Source: Yuukianura sp. NJ FZ-2021 (Eukaryota). From it: 64,000 nucleotides of DNA. The position numbers and the translations under genes were made by a program. A model generated the notes under the pieces. It saw nothing but the letters and a program-made list of their open reading frames with translations. It had not been told where the DNA came from and made no database searches. Every line of letters begins with the position of its first letter. Within the stretch, counting starts at the first letter, position 1. Location of the stretch: NCBI GenBank assembly GCA_046563655.1, contig CM102287.1, positions 7,378,001-7,442,000 of the forward strand, in the 5' to 3' direction. This document shows, one piece after another, positions 44,001-56,620 of the stretch.

Positions 44001-45148
44001 ATCATGAGAGCTAAAAGTTAAGTTGATGATAATTTAAACGTGTAATGAGCTTATTGTTTACCTGAACCAGGCAATAAGTCTGAGGATCTTGTTCAATTCC
44101 ATACTTCGACAGCATTTCTTTGACGACGTGAATCGCAGTGTCATGTACTGAGAGCAGTAGAGTTTTGTACGGAACGTCACGACACAACGACTCTCCATAA
44201 ATCTTCAACGTTCCGCCAGTATCGGGTCCGCCGTCCCTGGATCTGAACTGTGCTAATTTTTTCTCCAGCTTCTGTTGCCTTCGTCGCCTCATTACGGCAT
44301 CAGGATTTGAAATGGAACGTGTAAAACTTGTCTCTGGAAGTTCTGAAATCAAACAAATTGGATACAAAGACAAACTCGACATCAACATATCACAAATGCT
44401 GGAACTACAATTTACCTGTGTATAATTTTTCAGCCAAACTTCCATCAGTACTTTCTTTTACTTTCTCTTGCTGTTTCTTTAGCTGCTTCTTTTCACGTTT
44501 GCTTAATTTCCTCTTAAAACTGTTGTCCAAAGGAATGTCTTGCAAGCGATTTGTCTGCAAATAACAGAAATGCATGCATGAGTAAAATATTCGGTTGAAA
44601 CTGGATACAATTCTTAGTTCAGCTTTGAGCAAAGAGCCTTGACCCACCTTTTCATCTATACGACGCAAAAGAAATCGCCCTTCTCGGTCATCTGAATGCC
44701 AATTTAATTGAACCAAAAGTGGTCTTTCTTGATCTTCCAGTCTTCTCTCCTCCCCATTCTCATGGATTTCATAGAGAGCATACTGAGGAATCGATAGCAT
44801 TCGCATATCTGGTCGAAATTTTTCAACGAGTGTCTCGATAACTGCCTTCGCCGTAGCAGTTGAAGCCACACGAATGCACTTCGTTGCCACTTTGGCACCC
44901 GCCTCTTGAAAATAAAATCTCATAACTCCATGGAATTCTCCTTCCTAAAAATAAACAACACAATTAGGTCAAGCACTCACTCAAATGATCAGTAATTAAA
45001 AAGAAGTATCCGAGTTCAGTACACCTACCTCATTTGGTATTGAGATTTCAAATAAATCTAGTCTGTTTGCATTCCACTGAGCGATGAGTTGCAGCAGCGT
45101 CTCTCTGTTGTGACCTATCTTCTGCACAAGGTCATCTTCGGTACCCAT
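20023..45148 (-). CDS. AFDN: Afadin / canoe (RA1, RA2, FHA, DIL, PDZ, proline-rich and actin-binding tail)
   Basis: N-terminus QWNANRLDLFEIS...FHGVMRFYFQ...ATKCIRVAS; RA2 GGTLKIYGESL; FHA exon at ~37055-37334; DIL RRCRVNAALTIQLFSQLFHFI; PDZ GLGLSIVAAK|GSSQDRLGIYIKSVVKGG|DGRLAAGDQLLSVDGQSLVG; tail PGVIGAQEVYRDPR and EKLTFQEKMKMF. Confidence 0.97.
23305..23637 (-). CDS. Candidate alternative cassette exon of afadin (111 codons) just after the PDZ domain
   Basis: Acceptor cacttag|AT and donor CCTT|gtaagg; 333 nt, phase 1 at both ends, matching the flanking exons; open frame DLEVYDYKEWNSRSW...SLTTTP. Confidence 0.55.
27540..28151 (-). CDS. Candidate alternative first coding exon of afadin (204 codons)
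   Basis: ATG at 28151 with an in-frame upstream stop; 612 nt open, ending CAG|gtcagt in phase 0, compatible with PDZ exon 26856-26791. Confidence 0.6.
28311..28323 (+). promoter_or_regulatory. Perfect nuclear-receptor DR1 element AGGTCAAAGGTCA
   Basis: Exact match about 160 bp upstream of the candidate internal first exon; a second DR1, GGGTCAAAGGTCA, is at 29046-29058. Confidence 0.35.
31079..31164. repeat. Degenerate ~26-bp tandem repeat, about 3.3 copies
   Basis: ACCAAAAA(T/C)TTT..CT.AAAAACCTG units start at 31079, 31105 and 31131. Confidence 0.75.
31718..31773. repeat. Perfect 26-bp direct duplication
   Basis: AATTCCAAAATTTCAGAAACCTAACC at 31718-31743 and 31748-31773. Confidence 0.9.
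42296..42315 (+). promoter_or_regulatory. Triple AGGTCA half-site array (overlapping DR1s) in an afadin intron
   Basis: AGGTCA-A-AGGTCA-C-AGGTCA. Confidence 0.35.
43041..43106. repeat. 22-bp tandem repeat, 3 copies
   Basis: ACCCGCATTTTCAAAAAACCCG / ATCCGCATTTTCCAAAAACCGG / ATCAGCAATTTCCAAAAACCCG. Confidence 0.85.
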
Positions 45149-46959
45149 TGTTATGGTCCTATCGATTGTAACTGAATTTTGCAGAGTCAGGACGAAAACT
45201 TTCTAGAAGTAGTTAAAACTATGGTACTGCTCCAGAAGGCACGTTAAGGAATCCAAGCTCTCGAAAACGTTCCTGTGTGAACAGATCAAAGCAAAAATTA
45301 CAAATGAGGACCAAAGCGTATCGGATTCTATTCTATTGGCACATACATAACGTTGCACACACTGCAAACAACTAAACACAGACTTCTGTGCTGCTGGTTC
45401 TAAACTTCTGGGAGGGTTAGATAAACGCAAAATCTTAATAGGTCCGACAAAAAATGACTCAGGCTAGAAGTTAGAATGATGTCATCCCACTTTAGCAATC
45501 GCTTTCTTTACAACACACACGCTACGCTGAATATTAACAAACACTTTCCAACCTGGACCAAAAATTTAATCTTAATCACTTCTTCCAAGGATTTGGAAAT
45601 AAGTTTCAACTTCAATGGAAACCGTCTTGCTGAAATGAGAGAACCAAAAACATCGACATGGACAGCAGACAGCTACAAGTACTGAAATAGATGCAAAAAG
45701 GATTCTGTTAGGTTAAGGTTTAATCAGTTGACGATGATCAAGTCGTAAGTCATCGGTGCTACACTAGCGTACACTTTTGGAAAACGAACTTACACTTGGG
45801 ATACGTGAGGAAAAGATGAATACTTCAGAGTTCGAAATAAACAAATCGAAGTAGCATAAGTTAAATCGAACGACGTTTTATCAATAAAGCCAGCCAATAA
45901 CCATAACCCTCCCTCCACCATACATGATACCGACATGAAATCGACACCAACCACTGTACTACGATTGATTTCAAAGTAGAGTAGGAGCATACCGTATGAA
46001 CATGCTTCGGATCAATTTCAATTTGTTCGGTTTACAAAATCTGATCCCTATTCAACAATATGTCAGTCAGAATGATCGGAGAATCACTGAGCAGAACACC
46101 AGTTAAGCATGCATCCTTCGCACACTAACTATCTTCATAACCAATCACTAACCTAACTTAACTCAAAACATTAACTTACGTTCGTTCGTCGTTACGTTAT
46201 TGCCAAGTCATGGCATTCCAGACTCAGCTGTCGTGTCGTACCCGTAATCCTCCTTTATTTAGTAGGCTGACTTCGTCAAATGAATGGAATGAGTTGTAAG
46301 TCCGTTAGTTTACGTTAGAGGCACTTTGATTAATGTAATTAACAGTTTGGAAGGCACTTTTAAGTTAGGAATTCAATTGTTAATTGTTGCTATTTTGAGC
46401 TTTACATAAGAAAAAGAGGGAGAGTAGAATGTGGTTGAGGTGAGGAGAGAACTGACTTTTGTGGGGTGGAAATAATCAAATGGAGAGAGAGCACGACAAG
46501 AATTCAAATGGGCCATTCCAACCCCCCACTCTTTGGCTATACGGGGATCAATCCAGGAAAGTAGTGTATCTCTCTTACCTTAAAAACGCTGTACACATCC
46601 ATCTTCCATTGTTGTCTGTCAAGGGATCAACAGATCCACTTAAGCCACAAGTACCATCCAACACCTCACACTTTACGACAAAAAAAAACAAGCTACAAAA
46701 ACATATCCTAAGCCCCAGTTATGCAAAGGCGTGGAGGAACTCCCTACCTCAAGGCATCACGCAACAATATAGCTTAAGTCACTGAAAAAAATCGGAGTTC
46801 CAGAAGCCACTTGATCGTTGATCTGCAGATTCAGGTGAAACAGATCTCTAGAGCAGCAGGAAGGACGTATTCATCGTTAGTCACTGCTAATGCAAAGAGA
46901 GTGTAGTAGTTAAAACTATGCCAAAATGCGACGCATATTTGGTTAGGTCAAACAGCATA

Positions 46960-47810
46960 CATAAGCAGAAATCCAGAAGTCAAAAAGTCCTTAAACGATT
47001 TATCATGTGAGAAGTGATGATGACCTCGAAGGTGTCATGTTCTTAAAAGTATGTCAACAGTTAAATTCATTTTTTTTCCCTTTGTTCTCACTTGAAATAT
47101 TCAGTGATCTCAATTTTCGACCAAAAAGGTGTCATTTATGCGGTGATTTGCTATCAGGGTATAAAAGAATACCAAAAACAGGAATTGTTGGAATACATAT
47201 TAAAATGCTGCAATGTAACCAATATGACAACGGAAGGAGTACTTACCGAGGACAATGACAATGACCCTGCACCTTCCTTGTTCTCTATGCTGATGACCTG
47301 CGAAGGATCCTGTCTTCCTGTCACAGTTCTATTGTTTGCATTCCACTTTTAGCAGTTAGTAACACAAGTTAACTTACAAAGAAAGTGTGATACTTCAACT
47401 CTACTTTTTAGAAGTCATAATTTCTAATGATAGTTTTTAATTTGTTAATTTCTAGAATGAAATTACAACCAGTGTCACTGTATTCCTATTGTTTCACCGA
47501 AACAAGCCCTGATGCACGTAGTATTCAATTGCCAAATTGTTTCTCAGATGTAAACAACAACGCTTAGAATGGAAAGTACCTACAATTGAATGCTTCTGGC
47601 TTCTTGGGCTTCTGTTTTGTTTCACAAGATAAACAAATAGAAACTAAAAAGCTGAACTGTGTTGTGTTGCTGCGATTAGATAGCAAGACTGAAACTTTTA
47701 GCAAAAATTCGGCAAAATCACAAAGGTAAAAGAACTTTTTTCATCGCAGCTTTGCGGAAATTGATGCAAATTTAAGCCAAACAGGATTCACGCCTCCGGA
47801 AATGAAGTGA
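46960..47810 (+). pseudogene. Possible divergent or decayed gene between the afadin 5' end and the LYST 3' end
   Basis: Protein-like blocks (VISIFDQKGVIYAVICYQGIKEYQKQELLEYILKCC; KQIETKKLNCVVLLRLDSK) with some splice-like sites, but I could not build a stop-free model. Confidence 0.2.
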
Positions 47811-48254
47811 ATAAACAAAACGGTTCCAAATGTATCCCTACAGATTGGTAAAAGTTACTGATCACTTGGAATTCGTCATGGTACATTTCCCTGTTCCGTG
47901 TCATCAACCAAATGTGTACAAAGTGACCAAGTATCAAAGAATCCAGACACATTAACTTCATGATTAATCGATTTGCTTACAAATAAAGTATACGTTTACT
48001 GACTATGACTTTTTGATTTTTCAAAGTGAACATAAAAATATAAGAAGCTCTTGGTTTTGTTCCCCCACACGGTGGATATCATGGGAAGATTTTAAGAAAT
48101 GATAAAATTATGAGACGCTTTACAAGAAACAGATCTCCTGTGAGAGTAACAATAAATTAAAGCTTAGCATAATCTTCGATTAAGACGAAGAATTTGTTAA
48201 AACTATGTCTTTGTTGAAATGATGCACTTTTGAAATAAGTTGTAAAGCTTTTTT

Positions 48255-51200
48255 TTAGGAATTGGATTTCTTCTGAGTAGAAGATACTTGCAGGGCCACC
48301 GTGATATGTTTGTCTTCGGCAACAGACATGCAGTACATTCGGCGTCCATCTCGAGAGTATCGAACGCTAAAAGTCAAAATAATGTTCAAAATTTAATATA
48401 AACATTAAATTTTACAACTTTTGAAAAGTTAGAGTGAAAATTACCTCTGAAGTGGAAGAGACCACACTGGAGCAACTTTGAAGTCGTTTACACTTCTCAG
48501 GTCCCATGACGAGTAGAATCTGAAAATTATGAAAAGTTCGGTCAGAGTAGAGAAATATTTCTAATTTTTTGAGGATTGAGCAAGTTTTCAAAAAAGTGAA
48601 CTCAAAAAATTGAAACTCAGGACATACCTGATTAGTCCATTGTTGAACCCAATTGCAATCAAATTGACGTTTCTGCCAGGATCTAAACTGCTTATACACG
48701 CAGATTCAATTCTCTCTTCCGGCCTTATCTCTCCAATTGGAAATCCGTTAATTGTTCTCACACTTAAGTAATTGCTGTCTCGACTCAAAAGAATAATGTC
48801 CCCAGTTGATCTTGAAGAATACACATAGTCAATCGGGTCTGTGTGTTCTATAACATTGGCAAACGAAATCCTAAAAAAAAGAAACACAAAAGTTATTTTA
48901 TTGTTTTTTTTTAAGATTTTTGGAAAATCTGCTAAAATATCTACCTATTCATGTCCCACGCCATGACGTAAGATTCTCCGGAACAAGACAGAGCCAATGA
49001 AAACTCTTGATTCAAATCAATGTTTCTGATTGGTTGATAGTGTCCCACGAGCTCAGTTGTTTCCAAAATGGTGTCCAGGGAGCTGGACAGTTTTAATACC
49101 GATATTTTGCCAGACTGGTGCCCAACCCATATTGACGTGTCCATCCCACTACAAGTTGTGATCTAATGCCATACAACAAAAAGTTTTCATTTTACATGTT
49201 ATTTTAACAAACGTTTTAACAGGTTATTCGATTCAGCGTCGGTACATTCGATATTGATTTGTCTAGTACTAACCTCATCTGCAACGCATAGGTAGATGAT
49301 GTTAGATTTTATCCTGATTCCGCTGGAATCCCAGGATCCAACGACAGTATCGCCTAAGATCAGCGTTCGTTCTGGCCAGAACACAATGCGGGTAGCCGAT
49401 TCGAAAAGTTCTACGGGCTCCTTGTAGTCTCTGGTGCTGATGACCTCGATGTCAGGGGTCGCTGGTGACCCCAGAAACTGACCCCACTGAATACCATGAA
49501 CTGTGTCAATGACCTCTTCTTCACAATACTCGTTTCGCCGAAGTTGAGGTTTCGGATGTGGAAATGGGAACAGTCGCTTAGGAGTTTGTCCATAAGTAGA
49601 AACCATGGCTCGTCGTGCACGCTGAATAACGTCGTCAGCTCCATCTGCGTCAACTTCGAATCCCTCGTATGTCTGTTCAAAATATTCAATACTTTAGAAA
49701 CCAAAAATTATGAAAAATGTAAATATCGGCTGAGGTCAAGGACTTACCGAAGGATGGAATACATTGATGGCCTGAATCGCTGCTTTTCCGGTTTGCTTGT
49801 GGCCAAAGATGAGGTCAAACCAGTCTGCAATATACTTCCGCACTTCTTCACTTTCTAGAGCCTGCAAGTTCAAAAATTTTCAAAATTTCAAAAAATATAC
49901 TTTAAAAATTTGTATTTTATGTCTACGTTTACATTATACAATGATTGAGTATTGAATGTTGCTTACCTGGCGGTTGACTAATGTGAAGATTCGGGCATTA
50001 TTTTTCGCCCACGGTGGCAGAATCACGTCGTCGACTCGGCTCTCGTTTTGTCTTACTCCGAGGTCAAAATTTTGCAAATTCTGGAGGAATTCGGGCAAGT
50101 AGAAAAATTCGGGAATTGCTTCCTTGAAATCCGTATTTGAATCTTTGGAGGCCAATTTCCACGTTGTTTCTACACTGTGAAAACTCCGATCTGGAATATC
50201 GAAACTGCCATCTGAAAAACAAGTACGAAAATATTTGGTAACTTATTTTCTTTTAAAAGGTGTGTGGTATCCCACTAAGAGTGTTCCAGCAAAAAAGAAA
50301 ATCTGACCTTGGTATTTCAAGAAATGCTGCGTGTAAGGAGGCAATCGAACTAGAAAGTGCAGCACAATTCCTGAATTTGAGTAGTGTGACCCGTAGTGAA
50401 ACGGTGTTGACCCACATTCACGTTTGAGATACTGAAAATCGGGAGAGGTCAAATAAAATTTTGAATTCAAAAAACCGAAATTCGGTTTTTGGATGTTTAG
50501 CATTTCTCTCACATTATACGTTGAGATGAAGTGTTCTTCTTTCGTTGGATCCTGGATTGCCATGGGTTTTCTTAAATCTCTATAAGACTGTGGCGTTCGG
50601 AGATCCAGTGTCGGAGAATCATACTTGGCCAGTACAAAAGGAAATACAGGATACTGCATCAAATCACAGTAGGTTCTTCCCGCAGCAGTATTGAGATACA
50701 TGAGGTAATCAAAGTTAGACAATGAGCCTTTGACCCACTGTGAAGTGACTGTTGTCAGAGAGGAGTTGAGCAGTACGGACTTATTGGCCAACCAAGATGG
50801 GCTCTGGACAGCGATTTTGGAAGAAAATACTTGGACAAAGTCTTCTCGGTCCTTTTGCGTTCGGAATACAAAAAAGTAGGAGTGGTTGTCCACAAAGATT
50901 TCAGCGGCTCGATCTTCCAGAGTGTAGCGTCTCCTTAGAATTTGGTAAATTGAGGATCTTGGAACAGTGACTTTTTCACAGTGATTGAGAATTGTGTGAC
51001 AAGTTTCACAGAAGAAGTAGAGAGAGTCACCGCTTAGAATGACTTCACCAGGAAACTCTTCTCCAGGAACAATTCGGATACAAAATCGGATAAATTCTAC
51101 TTCAGAAATGAGAACCGGGTAGTTCAGACAGTCCGGACTGTCAGTTTCGAAGAGGAATTGCAGCGGTTGCGGTTCTGAGGGAACTAAAAGCAAAAAAAAT

Positions 51201-54200
51201 CTCATAACTTCCAAAATTTAACACACTGATTTTGTTTCGTGAATTTGAAACTGGAAATTGTTGAAGCTGGTGAAACTTGAATGTTTCAAGTTGAAATTGC
51301 TTGAAAATTTGAAATTCTTACCCAAATTTTGAAATTGGGGCTTCAAAAATCGCCGATTAATTTTGAGAGGTTCCTTGCGCAAACGCATACGAACTCTCGA
51401 CGGACCTTCGCTTTGATCCAAGCTCCAAAACCTGAAAAGTACAGAACACAATTATCATAAAATTTAAAACTTTTTTTTTGTTTTTCAAAATTTTGGAAAA
51501 TTTCGGAAATTGTGGACTTACTGTGGAAATGACGTTGGAAAATGCCAAGGGGCTTTCGGATGACCCAGACTGCGCCGAATCTTCCACCAATTTTCTTTAG
51601 CAGTGATGTCTTGGTCTCGTACTGAAATTCTCCTCGCAACTTCAATTTCCTGTTTTGTTCTCATGCGGGTCACAACGTCCAAAACTTCAAGCGAAAACTT
51701 ATGAACCGATTCAAAAATACTTTCAAAATAGGAAGCCGAATTTGAGATCGTGAACAAAGGCATGGACGACGGATTGTTGTTAATTTTGATCGAACCGGAC
51801 GAACCACTTCTCCTAACGGAAGATTTTGAAAGCACACTTGTCCTCATTTTTTCAGCAGTAGTTAGACACTGTCTCAGTTCCGAATGCGACACGCCACTAA
51901 TCGGAGTAGCTTCAAGTAAAATCTGAAATGACTTGAAATCTGATACTGAAGAAAACAGAGACGAATTGCTACTTGTTGTAAAAGTATTTGTTGGCGACAT
52001 GATTCCAGCATCGACCAAAAGGCCTTCAAATCTCGACCGAATTGCACGATCTGACAAGTGAATGTCAATTTCCGAAAGAGATTGCGACTGTGGTCCACGC
52101 GGATTGACATTCAACACGGTTTCATCATTCAGATCATTCGGTAATCCAACGGCCGCGGCAGTACGCAACGTTAGAACTAAGTTTCCATGCGACGCTATTA
52201 AAGAATGGAACGATGGCCGTCTTGACCTGATATCTCCGCCAAACCTTCCGTTGTTTCTCATTTCCGCTTCTGACATAAACACTCGCGTGAACGCCGTGAA
52301 GCAACGCTCGATTTGATCATCACTTCGGATAACTTTTGGCAGCCAATCGTTCAATTTTGAACAAGAAAGAATCAAACAGCGAACAACGTATTGCTTAAAA
52401 TCCAAATCACCTTGGTTTGGCGCCATAATTCGACATAGAAACATTCCCATTGTGTAGTTCAGTCTACGTCGATTCTTCTTAACAAAGAACTTCCAACCTT
52501 CGGTTTCCTCTGATTCGTCAATTTCCATAACATTGACAGCATAGACTTTGAGCAACCACTTGTCAAATTGATGTCCAATGCGAGTACATGAGCATCTCTC
52601 AATGAGCCAGAGAAGTCTACTGGCAATTTCTGTTTTTTTAAGTTCTTTACCGGAGTATTTCCGAAGAATTTCCATTGCATCTTGAAGAATTCTGGAAACA
52701 ATGTAGGTGGAAGATGGCGCTGATTCGATTCCCTGACAGAACATGATTTTCCATGGATCGTCTTTTGGATTCAGAACTAAACTTTTGGTAATTTCATTTA
52801 GCAAGGTCACGAGAGGTCGAGGCAGGTCCTGACTGTTACTGTAGTAATTGATTATTGACGGAAGGAATCCCATGGACAGAAGAGCTGAAACGGTGACATT
52901 CTCGTCCTGAAACGTAAACAAAATTATAAAAATTTATATAAATCTAAGTTATAAAATTTTCTGCAAAGTTGAGCCATAAAGTTGTTTGTATGGCGCAGAA
53001 TCGCTCCATATTTGGAACCTGAATGTACTATTGTAACATTCCTTATATAGTACAGCCGACTAACTTAACATAACGGAACGAGTTGTGTATCTGAGAACCT
53101 TGGAGAATACAAAAATTCTTAAAAGACTAGGTTCCTAACGATATATTTTATGTTTTGAAAGTTTGGAAAGTTTTCGAAAAAGTTAGAATTTAAAAAGTAA
53201 GACTTACATGATGGATCCACTCCAGAACAGTGTTGATCATTTCGTTGGAGTAAACTAGGCCAGTGACCAAAGCATAAGACAACGGCCCAAAGTCCGTACA
53301 TATTTGTAGAATTAAGGGCACAAGTTCTGGATTCTTTTGAGTGTATAAGCTAACCAGGAAAAATCCACGATTTTTAATAAACTCAGTCAAAATTGGGTTC
53401 TTGACTCTGTTCAAATAGGCCGCCAGAAGTTGGAGTCCAAGCACTTTAATTTCTGAATTCGGGTGGGAACAGTATGCCAGAAAAACGTGCACGACAACAT
53501 TCGGTTCCAGGAGTTTCCGGAAAGCCTCGTCCGGTAGAATTGAAATCGAGTTGAGCAAAGTTGACATAATGCCTTCTAGAGTTGCCGATTGAAACGTCTG
53601 TACGAAACTGTTTAGATTGACTTTTCCAGCCATTGGTTCGTTGTTATTTGTCCTTGAATTTAATTGATTTGTCACTTTTTGAGCATTGGTAATTCCCACT
53701 CCAAGGATTTCTGGCACGTCGTCAAATTTCAAACGTCGCTCAGAAGAGACATTGTCACCACCGCCACTAGAATCGCTCATCCTGCGATTCTCATTTTCGT
53801 TTTCAGCGACTTCTTCTCCTTGAACAACGTTTGGATTGTACAAATTTGAAAGTGAACTTTGTGGCGTTCCTTGGTAGACAAAAAAGGCATCTGACTTGCG
53901 CGGTAGCGGCGGAAGTTCCCGGGGCAGCATCGGAAGCAGTCCGAATCGAATCAGTGAAACAGCAACACTTGCATCCGGTGGAGCCATGAGTTCATCCAGA
54001 ATTGACTTCACACAAGCAGCAATTTTAGTTGCATCTGAAATTGTTAACGTTTCGGGAATCGCTTCTTGTGTCATACTGGTGCAAATGCAGAGCAACGTTT
54101 CTGGAAACCTGTGAATTTTCAGTAGAGCTACATTGAATTCCCTATATGGTCCATTTTCAAGACAAAGTTCTAAAATGATTTGCAGAAAACATTCGAATAA

Positions 54201-56620
54201 ACTTGAAGATCCAACGGGAGTGTCTTCTTCTGATGAGCGATTTTGTAAAAGACGCTTCCATGATGAAATAAGACCAAACTGAAGGAGTTCGTAATCTTCT
54301 AATCGATTTCCCTGAGGATTCATGGAGAATCGAACTAAGGTCATGAACGTTTGAAATCCAAAAGTAGATTTGGAAGAATTGAGGAGAAAGCGAATCAGTT
54401 CTTTTCGTTCCGTTTCTGGACTGTCGGTAACCCTCCGTTGATATTTCATTTGAGTCAGGACAATTGAAAGACTAAGAGATTGTAGAGCATCGCTTTCGCA
54501 GATTTCAACAACCTGTAAAACAATAAAACAATCGGTGTAAAATTTAATTTTAGTAGAAAAAACTGCACTACCCTGCACCTTGGGTCAAAGGTAAAGTCGC
54601 AATGATATCAAAAGACACGTCGATCAAAAAAGACAGAAAAAAAAAGACATCACATTAACTTTTCCATTCATTTTCTAATCCACTCACCCTCGCATAAAGA
54701 AATAAAATGGCGTCGAAGCCACCCAATTGATGCAAACTCCATTGGAAGTCTTCTCGTTTTTGAAAAAATTTTACAACTCCCAGCAAGTCATTCTGAAATA
54801 AAATAAAAACAATTTTTTTCATAAGTTTCACCAGAATTTCAATTATGATTCTTTCAAATTCGAAATTTCAGTTTGAGTACACACCAGTATCCGTACTAAC
54901 TAGCAACACTTTTGAATTATTTAATATCCCATTTTAAGGCCCCTATTTGTTAATCCGCCCCTTTAGTGTTAGTAATTTTTATTTACTGCATGTAATAAAT
55001 AAATAACGTTAAATAAATTGTAATTATAAAAAAAACCGTTAATAAAAATATATTGTAAAAAATTGAAATAAAAAACTTACACAATCTGGCTCCGAAATCC
55101 AATTGGATTTGAAGCAGTTGAAAAGTGCAGTGAGACCTGACGCTGTAATCGTATTGACATTTTTGAATTCTTGCAAAACGGAAGCGATTCCGGCCGACAG
55201 TTTCTTCTGAACTTCCTCATCTGGACAAGCATTGACCCGTGTCATGTGATTGACACTCTCTGCGCTTATTGTGTGCTTCGATTTCATGCAAATGAATGAA
55301 TCATCTTCATGTATGAACGGATCAAGATCGGTTCCAGATCTTCCAGATCCATTTCTAGAAGCTTCTTCAAGTGTTACTCTGAGTGTATCTTCTGAATCTA
55401 TGTCCAGCGTATCCAAGGATGTTCGCATCGTGTCATCACTGTCTGCTAGTGACGCTGCAGAGCACCCTCTGCTAACGTCAGAACGATCTTCCGCCGTTGT
55501 GTAGGATGAAGAGTCGTCACCCTCAGTTTCGCTACTTCCAAACTCGTGATTGTTCTAATCAGGACAAACAGTCGTGTTTAGTCAATATCGAGTACAAACA
55601 AATAAGTCACGAGTTATCTCAAACCGATTTCTATTGGTTCGTACGTTAAACGGACACTTTTAGTTTAGTTTTTTAGCCTACTTGAAATTGAACAGCTTTA
55701 CTTGAGATATTTCCAAGGAAGTTTACAATGTTTCTGCAAATTCAGATTCTTGAACTTACTGCTTAACTGCTAAAGTAAGTGCCAAAAAATCTACGTGTTG
55801 GTTCTCAAGGTTCAACTTCAATGGAAATGTCACTCTTCCAGGTAGCAAAAAAACAATTGTGTTCTGCTAAAGAATGCGCAGTCACAACTAAATTCTGTTT
55901 TTGCAAATTTTGGACTAAAAAGCCTAAATTTTGCACAACTTTCTGTTTAAAAGTTTAAGTCAAAGGTCAACTTATTCCTGCATTGTCTTTGACATGCTTA
56001 CTGAAATTGAACCTAAAAATTGCAATTTGAAATTCTTGCTCATAATTTCTTCTTGCTATTTCAATTTCATAGTTCATAATTCGAAAAATTTGAAATCTCT
56101 GATTTTGTTAGCTTTGTATAAAAATGGAGACTTTTGGCGTATGAAATAATTTGGAGAAAATTTTTTTGTTTCTATTGAACATACCTCTTCCGAAGATCCA
56201 GAATAGTATCTATTTCGCACATTTCGGTTGTTTTGACCTGGAAGTTGGTCCAGTGTGACAGTTTGATGATTGTGTACTAAATGTGAATCGGTCATGGTGC
56301 GTGAGAGACTGTTGAGAATGGCTAGTGCCAACTTGGTCTGCTCCACTCCAATGTCCGAGTCGTTGATCAGGGACGAAATCATAGTGAAACTGACGATATG
56401 GGATGGATGGCTATGTACTGTATGTATAATAGTTTACAGGTGAATTAATTGCGCTTGATTCCTCACTCAAAAACACAAAAGTTGACCAAATCCTGATCTT
56501 GTGCTGTGCCACGCCAAAGATTCCGGATGACTCTTCTGGTTTCAGTTTGAGGATTCTTTTGTGTCGTCTTCTTCCAACTACTTTTCTTCGTAGATCAAGG
56601 TTAGTCTCGGACTGGGACAT
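48255..56620 (-). CDS. LYST: Lysosomal-trafficking regulator (LYST/mauve), PH-BEACH-WD40 protein; start uncertain
   Basis: [40 protein letters not shown] motifs [69 protein letters not shown] and [14 protein letters not shown]-type WD tail [24 protein letters not shown]. Confidence 0.93.
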
